A program made the position numbers and the translations under genes. Under the pieces are notes generated by a model. It was not told where the DNA came from. It ran no database searches and worked only from the letters and a program-made list of their open reading frames with translations. A stretch of DNA of 64,000 nucleotides from Chlorokybus atmophyticus (lineage: Eukaryota; Plantae; Mesostigma and Chlorokybus algae), in contig RHPI01003020.1 in the NCBI GenBank assembly GCA_009103225.1, positions 81,525-145,524 on the forward strand. Reading direction: 5' to 3'. Each line of letters starts with the position of its first letter. Positions within the stretch are counted from its first letter, which is position 1. Shown here one piece after another: positions 9,799-21,320 of the stretch.

Positions 9799-12700
9799 AC
9801 TGTTGCTCCCCATGTGTTTGTTGACCGGGGAGATGCGGGTGGGCTCCCTTGTTGAAGATACCCCTTCCCTGGTTGACGCTAGTTTGCTGGCCAGGTGTTG
9901 GTCATGTTGACGATGAGGGCAGCGATTTCCCCAGTGAAATATCTGCTCAACGCCCCCAATTGAGCGCGTCTGATGCGCAACCTGTTCTCGTCGGTGGGAT
10001 GCTGCGGCCTGTTCACCCAAATGTTGGCATTTGATTCGGCACGGGTGTCGTTGATGAGGACGCTAGCTGGTGCTTCATCGATGTCCCGCTGGACATCTTC
10101 AAAGTCGTCCCGTTCGTGACGACGGACCACCTGTTCTTACTGTTCACGAAACTGGCGAGCCCGATCCAGTGTATAGAAGTGGCGGCATTGCTCACGCCAT
10201 GAACATGTGTCCAAATCAGGGTCGTGCCCAGCGGACGCACAGCAAATGCCCGAAACAGCTGAACCACCTGCGGGTCTAAGTCGTCGAAGTGGTCCAGGTT
10301 GGACGGCTCTTGGTTGGGTGGTGCCAGCAATGCAAGATGCTCCGGTGCCGACCGATGGCGGTTGTACAGATCCCGGAACATAGTGAGGGTTTCATCGGTG
10401 ATGCGAAGGCTGCGGAAGTCGTGGCCCAGCTCCTGACGATGAAGAGGGACAGTGTCGACACCATATAGCAGGGCATCCTTGTCGATGCGCCACATAAACT
10501 GGTCACCTTCAATGTGCGCGGGGGTAATTGGCATGCCAGCGGCTGTACGTGTTGGTTCTTGTCTGATTGGGAACAGTGCTGCCGGTACGTAAGCTGCGAA
10601 GGTTGAAATTGCCTCCGCTGTCGTGGACGTGGAGGGTCCCGCCCCCGTGGCAGCCATAGTGGACGTTGATAGTCCGGCCATGGTTGTTTTCAGGGCAGCA
10701 ATACCAAGGTGGGTGATGGTTGCAGTACCGGTTGGCTGCGCAGTGGAGTCAATAGCGGCGATGGTTGCTGTTGATGAGATGACTGCCATCGAATCGGCAA
10801 CAAAGACAGCTGAGGTTGCAACAATAGTTGTCGCAAGACTTTCATCAATGTTAGCGGTAGCGACTGTCGTGCATGGTGCTGCATCAGCTGCAGTGGAATC
10901 TGCGAGGGCTCCTGCCGATGCAGACAATGCCTCCGAGGCAACAGGGGTGTTGGCCGGTGAAGGCGCTGTGGTTGTTGCTGCTGTTGTTGCCTCTTGGCCA
11001 GCGGAACCAGTTGTTCCACCTGTGGAAGATGTCCCGGCGTCCCTTCAAGTTTGTCGTGGTGGCTATATGCGGGTAGGGGGGGGTAGATTTCTTACGCTTC
11101 ACTCCCATTGCTGCCCATCGTGCCGTATAGCATGCGCGATTTTCATCCTCCATGCCTTTTAGCATCGCGTGCAGCTCATCCATCCGTGACGTGAGGGCAG
11201 CAACCACCTCCGTGTCCGTCTCACCGTCAGGGTGGATCACACGTTTTCACCCTTGCGGGACTTGTACTTTGCGCTTCTGCGCACATTCCCACCACAGACC
11301 GGTACAAAGGTGGAGGAGTTGCGTCACTTCAGGCGCAAGGCAGGGGAGGATCTTCCACGCACTTACACCCGTATGGTCAAGCTGCTGAAGGACACCAACT
11401 ACAAGATCCTCAGCGACGAAGCTGCTGCAGTGTTCGTCAGCCAACTTGAGCCTCCACTGAACACAACGGTGGACAACGCTCTCAACAATACCCGACCACA
11501 AAGGTATTCGCTGCTTCAAGCCTTTAAAACAGCCCAGGCAATCCATGACCGCCAGGTGTGGATGTGAGCCGTGCTGGATATGAACTCTGGTCTCTTACGT
11601 GCTTCTGCCTCTGCTCAAGACCCCAACCGACGTGATCGCAAGTCTTATCCCACCAACACACCCCGGTCTCCTACGAAGTCAGCTCACCCTGCACTACCTG
11701 CTTTTGTCGTCGGCCATCCGTGTGGTCGACACGGCCACTATCAGAAGGACTGCACGGAGGAGAACGGGAACCTGGTGTGCGACCACTGCCGCAAGAACGG
11801 ACACTTGGAGGCCGTTTGCTGCGCCAAGCGCCCTAAGTTAAGACCCTCAGGCAGCTACGATGGCAGCAGCGGTTACAATAACCACAACAACAACGGCAAC
11901 AAGGGCAAGGAGCTAGCCAACAACGGCTATCGGGGGAAGAACAACCCGCCGAAACAACAACAAAACCATCAGGTTGGACCCAAAGCAGGCAACGCTGCCT
12001 GCAAGTCGCCGGTGGTGCACCGGGTTCTCGCATGCTGACGGAGACTGAAAACAGTGCGCTGCCTGCAGCGATGTCTCAGGTTCCCTGAGTCCTTGTCCGG
12101 ATTGAAGTATCAGGTACGGTGGCGCGCTGTCGTGCTTGTGCTTCTTCAAGCGCAGTTTGCTGTTATGCCATTAGCCTGAACGCCAAGAGTTGTACCTGGG
12201 ACCGGCGTGCTTGTTGCGCTGCTGTCAACTCGCGGTCGACCAAGGCAGGATCAACCGCTGGTATATCTGCTTTAGCTGTCAACTGCTGGGGCCAAAGCTT
12301 CCGTAAGAGTAGGGCCTTACAGTGGGGCAGCTGGGACAAGGGGCGTGGTAGGGAAGCCAGGAGTTGATGCTTCCATGGGCAGGGCTCCGGTGCCGGCCAG
12401 AACTCCGTACCCTCCAATCTCATGCTGTGCAGCAACTGACCTATACACCTCATGTGCCTCGTGGTCTAAGCAAGTTGCAGCCATGCGAAAAAACAGTACA
12501 TCTGATCAGTTTGGAGTCTTAATCGCATAATAGCTCAGCCTGGAGTCGAACATGATGATCCATTCGTTCAGTGGTGTTGTGCCAGGACGTCCGGAGAAGG
12601 TGAGACCATGAGTGGAGCCGGATGCCTCCACGTCGTCGCTGTTGAGCTGATCGATGAAGCTTTCAACTTGAAGACGAGACTGGGTATGTCTGGAACGGGA

Positions 12701-13748
12701 TACTGGTGAATACTGGGGGCTGTCGCTATTGTCGTCGCCCTCTCCTTCGTCGTATCGTCCGTAGGATAGGTTCGCGCCCAACCAACTGCCGAAGTCGCTA
12801 GTGGTCTCCTCGGTCACAGGGTAAAGCCCGTACCGATGAGTGGACTCTCTGACTAGTGTAATCTCACTCATGCAAGTGGCACGATGAGCGCAGGAAAGAT
12901 CAAGGCAGAGTGTGTGTGCTCTACTGGTGCTCCCCCAATGCTACCACTCAACACACTAGTGCTTGTAGATGCACTATGTGCTGGCAATGATAACACAACA
13001 CTGATGCAACCAGCGCCGCTGAAAGAATGCAAGCCACGCTGATGCACGGCACTCAGTTGTTTAAGGGGATGACACTGCAAGTTAACAAGCCACTACTAGA
13101 GGTAGTGCTGCTTATACAGTTCCTCAAATGAGGTCAGGATACTTCCACTATTAAGTAAGGTGTGTGAATGCGGCAACTCGTGGATACCACACTCTGATGC
13201 GAACTACACAACGTGCACCCACACAACCACAATCACATCAAGTGACAAGCAATGCACGTGTGCATACACTGCACATTCACACGTGTAGATGCGTGTTGGC
13301 CGAGACGATGAGGTGATGCAGTCACATCAAGCCACAACCTTCAGAGAGCAGGTACCGAGCACTCAAAAGATCAACATCCGTACTTCTTAGGTACAAGTCT
13401 TTCAGCTCTCACTTATAGTGTCATCAATGTACACAAATTAATTCTTAAGCTCTTATAGTCAAGTTACATCTGTTTAGTCCTAAGATAACGGCTAATTTAC
13501 AAAATGACCTGGATTAAGCCTAAGTCAGAACTTGCAGCGGATCAGCTCGCACGGATAATACTGGGTACCTACGACGACTAATTGACAACTGCTTTGTGTC
13601 GCGTGGGACTCATGCCAATAGCCGGGGTCGATGTTAGGATGTAGGGATGACTGATAAAAAGGGTTATCGATGCTGGTAGCACGGGAACGACGCCTGGCCG
13701 TAGGCATCAACGAGGAAGTTGGCCCCTCCTGGACCGCTAGCAATACAG
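9799..13748 (-). mobile_element. Ty3/gypsy-type retroelement relic: gag (ATG 12871) with internal inversion, downstream low-complexity ORF, possible LTR toward 13748
   Basis: Gag-like FSGRPGTTPLNEWIIMFDSRL (minus); VEELRHFRRKAGEDLPRTYTRM plus knuckles HPCGRHGHYQKDC and CDHCRKNGHLEAVC (plus, inverted). Interrupted at 9799 by element B. The right boundary TGTATTG at 13748 is tentative. Confidence 0.65.
12989..13306 (+). repeat. 318-bp direct repeat, copy 1 (upstream of the gypsy gag)
   Basis: Identical by eye to 18984-19301. Confidence 0.9.
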
Positions 13749-13884
13749 TATGAGCATCATGCCTCTGTCACCACTATGCGCGTGCGCGTGCGCGTGTTTT
13801 CTTTGCATGTCACCCGCACACACATGGGGTGTGCGTGCATTGATCAGTCAGCCATTCGCTGTGCATGTGTATGCCACAAGCAGG

Positions 13885-15420
13885 AGTGGATGTGTTGCGA
13901 GGCAGCGCGCCCGTGTACACGCTGCTGTCTTCAGCACCCAACGTAGTGTGGGTGATCAAACGAGAGATAACTCAGGTTAACACCATCACACACATTGCAA
14001 AGTACGACACATCCTAAACATACTGACCAACTTGTGGGTATGTGTGCAGTACGCCTCTATCTTGTACGCAAAGCGTGAAATTCGTATCGCCTTCGCGAAG
14101 CTGACGTCATCGCACGTTAACGTGATAGTACCGTAATGATATATATATATAACAACCCGCACTCAAATTTAAGAGTCATGTTTTGTTATTTTGACAATAG
14201 GGTCAATGAATGCATAGATCTTTGTGTTGCTAAGGCCTTAAATACTTAATGGAATGTACAATCCAAGGCAATTCGGAAGTTATCTTTTGATTGTAATGTA
14301 TGTCGCAGTACTGTGTTGCAGGAGCGATACGCTGCCGCATTGCAAGCGTCTGTAGAAATACTAACATGCCGACACCGATGTTGTGGCAATGTCGTCACCG
14401 ATGCGATTCGTTTGCAATGGGACGGCACGCATGACCACTATCACGCGCATGATATCGCAAGAAAACAACTACAAAGCGGTGGTACAAGTGCAGCTAACGA
14501 TGCTGCAGTCAGTCAATGCAAGGGGAGTTAAAATGTATATGACTCATGCACACGCGCAGGCGCGTACGCACGCACACGCACACAAACACGCACACGCACA
14601 TTGTCTATCAACCGGTTGCGTGCTGCATTAGCGAATCGGCAAATCCGCGTCGGGATTGACGGGCAGCTTGCCGGTTACGCTTACGGGGCTCACACCGATG
14701 AACACGTTCTTGCGCGAGCCTACGAGCCTCGTACGATGTGAACATCACACCCTTTGTGTGAATGCTGAATGACAGGAAGCCTCACAGCTTCACTTGGCGA
14801 CTAACTCAGCCTACAGCGGAGTGTGCGTGGGTGCGTGCGTGCTTGCATGCGTACGTGCGCGTGTGCGTGCGCGTAATGCCTTGTAACTTGAACGCATACA
14901 CGCACACGCACACGCACACACAGGTGTACCTCATCGATGGTAACGTATTGTTGTGGCGAGCATCGAGGTGTAGTCATGTGCGAGGCGGGTTACTTAACAC
15001 AACAACAATGGGCTACGCGCCCGATCGCTCTGTGGGTGAGGATTGCGCTTGTTAAGCCCTTGGAATTGATTACGGTAAAGACAACTGCCATTACTACCCC
15101 AACAGTAACCGGTTTTTAAAGTGCTTTAATGCCAGCACAAATGCCACTTTCCGCGGATGGGCTGAGGTGTGCAACATGTGTCAGTATGTATCATTTGCCA
15201 TATTAAACACATGACTCAGATTTTCATTATAACACATATTTCATCTTTTTGCGGACGGTAATTGGCAACTACATGACAGCGGTGACACACACAGCAACTT
15301 GGACACTTTGTCTTTTGAGTAATACGAGGCCGGTGTTGACTACACCAAGCAAGCGGTTAGCGTCGCACAGAAAGTCATGCGAGTGAAAGAGGAAGCAACA
15401 TCAAGGACAACAACGACAAG
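13885..15420 (+). pseudogene. Decayed multi-exon gene of unknown function
   Basis: Exon-like blocks between host-type introns: GVDVLRGSAPVYTLLSSAPNVVWVIKREITQ, GNVVTDAIRLQWDG, RQIRVGIDGQLAGYAYGAH, VYLIDGNVLLWRA...GYAPDRSVGEDCAC*ALGIDYGKDNCHYY; in-frame stops. Confidence 0.35.
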
Positions 15421-16363
15421 CCTGTGGAGGAGCAGATACATGTTGGTTTGTATCGCGCACACCGACATCACTGAGTGACTTCTACCAAGAAAGCAGCAAC
15501 ATCACTTCTGTTTATGTTATACACACCACCCAATGCTTAAAACGTAATTCGAAAGTCCAATTTCATTCGCACGGAAGGGAGGATTACATCATCAAGTTTG
15601 AAAATACTTATGATGCAATTGATGATGACACGTTCACCGTGCTTTTTACTACCGACCCCCAACATAATGCTTTACGCGTTGTTATGTTGGAAGGTATTGC
15701 GAGCCGCGCCAAATCACTGTGAACACAACTTGTTAGGTGGTAGGATGAACATTGTGCATAGTGTTTTCACTCAACTGGCCATTGTCAATATATACATAAA
15801 ATGGTTGCAGCTTATGCCCAGGATAAAAAAACATGGGCTGCTGAGTCATTGCACGGCTTGATGCAAAGCTAGCCAGTATGCAAAGTTTCCCTGAGGTAGT
15901 TGATTATTGCACCTTTTTTTCACGCTCTGTCCACTTGAAACGTGGTGCATGTGCAACCAGCTTGAATTTGCCTGTGCGTGTTGCGATTCGCCTGCGGCCT
16001 TTCGTGTGTGGTTAGTGGGATTGAGTTACAGGCTGCACCAACCTGTGTGGTGATTCACATCTGTATGAGGAAAATTGTGTGCAAGTGGCTCACCATAGGG
16101 TATTATGCAATGCACAGTTTGCCCAACAAGTAGTAACATCACTTGGCATACAAGCACAATCAAGCTACCAGTGGTTGATCCGTGCTGCCACCTCATTGAA
16201 TGACTGCAGTTCAAATGATTATCACACAGAAGGTGCAGAAAGAAAAATCCATCAGTAGGTGTCGCACTACAATGCCTCTAAACTTCTGCGGCATAGCTCT
16301 ACTCTACAACAGCGCAAAAATGAAGCTCAAATGCTTGTGTGCTTTGACCACAGATTTGCCTGT

Positions 16364-18006
16364 TTATGCCTGCAGCAGTTGCGCGATCTTGGACTCGGAC
16401 AATTTTGGGCTATCTTTGTTGCGCTCCACCACATTGCCATCCTAAAGCACATGAGAACAACAACTCAACAAGATACGAAGAGCAACAAGTCATTGGCAAC
16501 ATCAGGACCGCAATTCGTACCTTGTCAATGATGAACTTGGCGGCAAAGTTCCAACGCACGTCTCCTGAACACGTCTCGCAAGCGCCCTTCAGGTACTTGT
16601 ACACCTCCGAGGTCTTCGGCCCGTTCACATCAACCTGGGTGCAACGACACATCACCAAGAGAAGCTTATTCAGGATGTCACAAGTTGTCATGCGCAACAC
16701 GCTGGATTGGTAATTGCCTTTCGCACCTTGTCCATAAGTAGAAACTGTGCGCCATACTTGGAGGCAAACTTCTTGATGTCCTCACCACTTCCGGGCTCCT
16801 ATTTGGACAGTATATTCACTTGTGCATGTATACGGGGCATACATCAACCTGCCAGATCCTTGCGTGTATGAAGTGTGATCAACTTGTAAGTGTGGGGGTG
16901 CATGTGGGTGTTTGTGCATACATTCGTAGATGCGTGCACACAGACACGCTCACGCACTCATGTGCACGCAATGTCATTGTGTGCGCGGGTATCAAGTGTA
17001 ACCCCATGCGCATGCTCGTGAGCAAGAGCGCATATCTGTGCATGCATATGTGGTTGTAGGTAATGAAGACAACTGATGTTGATTTTGCAACAGATGTACA
17101 TAATGGTAGGAGTGAATGTAACATCCTCTTTGTCGCCTAACGACACCAATGCAGGTAACAGGCACAATACCTGTCCGCCAAACTGATTGCAGGGAAAAGC
17201 CACAATCTCAAGGCCCTTGTCTGCATACTTCTTGTGCAACTCCACCAGCTCCTGCGTGTCCACATACATGCTAATGAGCCCATTTTGCCAGTGTGCAGCG
17301 GACAGCATATGCGTCACAAGAACAGTTGGGTACACAGACCAACTGGACCACGTCGAGAACAACTGGACCCTTACCGTGTAGTTTGAGTTCGTGAAGCCAC
17401 ACCTGAGAGAACAAGCAACCACGCAATGAAAATTAGAACAGTTAGTCATTGTGGTAACCACAGTGCATGCATACTTGCTGCGGTCAATGTGACTTACTGG
17501 CTTGCGACGTTGGTCACGAGCACAACCTGCGCAACCACATATAATCAATGCAAGAAAACGCCAACGTATTGACAATATTTGCTGATGAGGACAGCGTCTT
17601 TAGACATGCATGCTTAGCAACTTTTACGTTATCAACTACTAGGCACAATGGGATGAGGGTTGTACTAGAGGATTGTCATAGTTGAGTTTTAGCTGCACGG
17701 AAAACCCTGTAACGCTTGGCTCATCACCTTGACTGTGCATCCACATGTAAGTTACACATGCGCTTCAGGTTGAAGTCAAACCCTAACCCTAACCCTTACC
17801 TTCCCCTTGAACCTCTGCTCGAAGTCCACCTCCTTCCCATCAATGTCCTTGGCTTTGAGCGCATGGAACCCCGCAGCCATGGCGACGGTGAAACCTCTCC
17901 GGCCGGGCCTACCTCCCACCCTTACACCGGCGGCAAGTCGCCGCGGCAGAGGTGCCCGGGTACCCAAGAATAAGGAGGACGATGACAAGGACGTCGCCAA
18001 CGCCAT
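16364..18006 (-). CDS. GPX: Plastid-targeted Cys-type glutathione/thioredoxin peroxidase, 7 exons, 202 aa
   Basis: Exons 18006-17800, 17526-17498, 17402-17375, 17251-17171, 16798-16727, 16634-16521, 16441-16364, all GT-AG and in phase. Motifs [29 protein letters not shown]; Ser/Arg-rich transit peptide [15 protein letters not shown]. Confidence 0.95.
17778..17798. promoter_or_regulatory. Telo-box / short telomere-like repeat (AAACCCTAACCCTAACCCTTA) at the start of GPX intron 1
   Basis: Contains the AAACCCTAA telo-box and three CCCTAA-like units. Confidence 0.5.
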
Positions 18007-18983
18007 GCTGCAATGCGAGTGTGAACGATACTGGCGAAACGCGACGCCAACAGCAAGGGCATGGATATAACCTGGGAAGGAGCTAACAGGCGCCGATATC
18101 CGTCGCTTTGTGATAGTCGGAGTGACACGTAAGTCCAAGAGCACCTGACAGTACTAAATTAGTACATGTAGCCTGGTCCTAAACTGTGCCTTTGCAACCA
18201 CCCACAACATGCTAGCAACATGCTTATTCACGCATCTGTTATGACGTGTGATGGCACAAGCTACACACAGAGCGTATAGGGATGACCTCATTGAGGTTGG
18301 ATGTTCAGTAAAGACCTTTCATATCACAAGTTTGTAATGCAATGAATGTATTGTGTGATATGCCTCAATTATGCAATCTACATAACATGGCATGCTCCAT
18401 TCAATCGTACAAAGCTTGCATGCATGAATGCGCAATGAACGCATTATAATGGGCTAACCCAAATTTATGATATAGGCGTAATGGCACACATGCCGTTGTA
18501 CTACTAGTTTGTAACATAGTAAAATAATATTATAAACAGACCATTCAAATACACTTCAGAACCTTTATTAGCCTCGCCTATGGAAACTCTTTCACCGCCT
18601 CCCCTCCTCAAGACAACACCGCGCCTTGCTTTGGCTTATCGCACATAACGCCCTTACTTCCGGAGAGCGTCCTCATCACTTTTGTAAGTTGGACTCCATC
18701 TATTTATCTTAGTTCTACAGACCAAAAGTGTACCCTTCACATCTTTGTTCATTTGCCCGTTGCTGCTTTTCTTCGATCTTTTGTAACCTCTCTCATGTCT
18801 CGCGTTGATGGCTGCTGTTCTCTCGCCTTCGTCCTTGTTGTTTGAGGTTTGCAGACCGGTTCGTCCCGTCTTTAGCCAAGGCGGATTGGCATCTCAAGCG
18901 TAAAGACGTATGTGTGGCATGTAACTTGCGAACAAACGACTTTAATGTGGGTGGTGGTGGTGAGTGTGGGTGTGTCGGGGGGG

Positions 18984-19301
18984 GATAACACAACACTGAT
19001 GCAACCAGCGCCGCTGAAAGAATGCAAGCCACGCTGATGCACGGCACTCAGTTGTTTAAGGGGATGACACTGCAAGTTAACAAGCCACTACTAGAGGTAG
19101 TGCTGCTTATACAGTTCCTCAAATGAGGTCAGGATACTTCCACTATTAAGTAAGGTGTGTGAATGCGGCAACTCGTGGATACCACACTCTGATGCGAACT
19201 ACACAACGTGCACCCACACAACCACAATCACATCAAGTGACAAGCAATGCACGTGTGCATACACTGCACATTCACACGTGTAGATGCGTGTTGGCCGAGA
19301 C
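18984..19301 (+). repeat. 318-bp direct repeat, copy 2
   Basis: Identical to 12989-13306; bounded by a G run on the left and a single N 4 bp to the right. Confidence 0.85.
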
Positions 19302-19749
19302 AGANCTACAAATGGTAGCAATGATTACTAACTCATGGTACCGTTTGCTTGCATCAAACCAAAAACTGTAGCTCTTGCATGCATGTGCAACATGGCACGC
19401 TCCAGCGAGCAATGCATAAACTTTAACATCTGATTCCAGCAAAGCTCCACTGGCAATGCTGGAAAAAAACAAGAGCGCAATGTACCCCTTGATCCCCACG
19501 AGGGGGGGGGGGGGGGGGGGGGGNCAAGTTTCTACGTCGTGTTCAACACGAGCATTTGCATGAGCAACAAAACACGCCAGCACTCCTCTTACTCCGCTGC
19601 AGGCACGCATGAATATATGTTTCCAATTTTATACTTAAATGCGTAGGTTGACACACGCACGCAAACGTTCATTCCAATGCGGGCAGCAAAACCTGAACAT
19701 GCCCCTGCAAAATCTGTCTACTCACGTTTCCACCCATATTAGCTACTAC

Positions 19750-21320
19750 ACACGTGCGCAACACAACTCTCCGCACCTCCCCTGATGCATCAGGACGCCT
19801 ACAGCATCCATTCCGCTCTTAGCAGGTGGTCACGCGACATCGAGCAACAATCGTGAAGCAGGCACAGAGTCAGGCAGTAAGCAGCTGAAATTTTCTCTCT
19901 CTGTGAAGTCAAGCTCCCTATGGAAGCCCCCTCTGCAATCGCCCATCAGTCACTTTGCGGCGGGCAGAAACGACAGCAAAGTTCGTGGCTCCAGCCTGCT
20001 GACCGCTACGATCTTGGAACAAGACGGCACGACTGTTGTTTACACCTGACCCTTCAATGCAGCAATGAGGCCACTGAATGAGAATTCTCAGCACGCAATC
20101 TCGGCAAGGCTGACGCCCTCACTGTTGTACACGGCGAGGCAAGGGTAACTCATGTGCAGGTCTTTATGTCGCCGCGCAGCCTCTCGAGCTCATCGGAGCA
20201 CAGATGGAAGCACATACACCTGCGGCGTTGCTTCTGCTTGTTCAGGGCGACAAGCTTCGCCAGAGGGTAGGACAAAAACTTAAACCACTCCTTTGGGTTG
20301 TCGTGTTTGTGCTCAGACACGAGGCACGCTTGCTGCGGCATGCCTTATTTTAGTGTCATCTCGGCGTCCAGGTCCAACAACAACCATCCCCCTTCGCAAG
20401 TCTCCTCCTCCTCCTCCTGTGCCTCCTCCTCCTTCTTAGCATCATCTTTGCAATGCCCATCATCACTGACATCATTGTCATTACCACCCCCATCCTCATT
20501 GCTGATGACCGCGCTGAGGTAAAGCTCCTCCTGGTTGGGTGGCAACCCGAGCAGGTTGAGTCGTTGCAAGTCTTGTGATGCGCAAACGCCGCAATGTGGT
20601 GATCTCCTCGAGGCCAAACACGGTGCGAGACAAGGTCATGGCCATTGTTGTATCGAAATTTATGCTGAGTACCTCCAACTTGCATTCGGGCTAATGCAAC
20701 TCAAACTCCTCCTCCACTTCTCTCCACAGGCCCCCTAATGCGGGGAAGCGCAACTTCAATGGCTTGACTGTCGGTAGCCCATTGGCCTTCATAGCGCCTT
20801 GCAATATCGGCCATGTCTTCCCGCCCGGCATTAGTATCAAGTCAACACTAGTCAGGTTGCGCAGTGTCGGCAGCAACAAAATATAAGGCCTCACCACACT
20901 GTCATGCATGCCCCCCAGCTCGACATTGAGAGTGACCAGTTGAATGAAGCTACAAAATGATGCGTACAGAAAGCGATCAATGACAACGCCTTCCGCCTTG
21001 TACAAGTATAAAGAAAGCTCCTTTACGCACGGCGCCATCGTCGCTAGAACACGCAACGCATCGGGCTTCATGTCCCCGGCCACACCTACGTTGATGTCGC
21101 CATTGCTGCTGTGCACCTCATCATATTGCTGACCTTTCCCTCTGCGGAACACATGTAGCAGTTCTGATGGCTCTGCTTGTGCGGTATATGTTGTAAAATG
21201 TCTCCAAAGAAATGTAATGAACCGAAGGTTCGCCGTTAAGCACGCGCGCCACAACTCTTTCCAGCATTTTCGGGTGCTGTGCAAGCTGACTCAGATGGCT
21301 GACTGGATTGCAGTACACTT
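19750..21320 (-). pseudogene. Decayed F-box-like / leucine-rich protein gene
   Basis: LAQHPKMLERVVARVL...LETFYNIYRTSRAIRTA resembles an F-box; a frameshift leads into LRR-like VKELSLYLY, LVTLNVEL and LRNLTSVDLIL, followed by an acidic stretch and further stops. Confidence 0.4.

Noticed and set aside
13180-13205. Gypsy PBS (tggtatccac / gcatcagag on the minus strand)
   Set aside because: It does not match TGGTATCAGAGC cleanly and does not follow a clear LTR end.
17375-17526. Selenocysteine GPX
   Set aside because: The spliced active-site codon is TGT (NVASQCGFT); there is no in-frame TGA.
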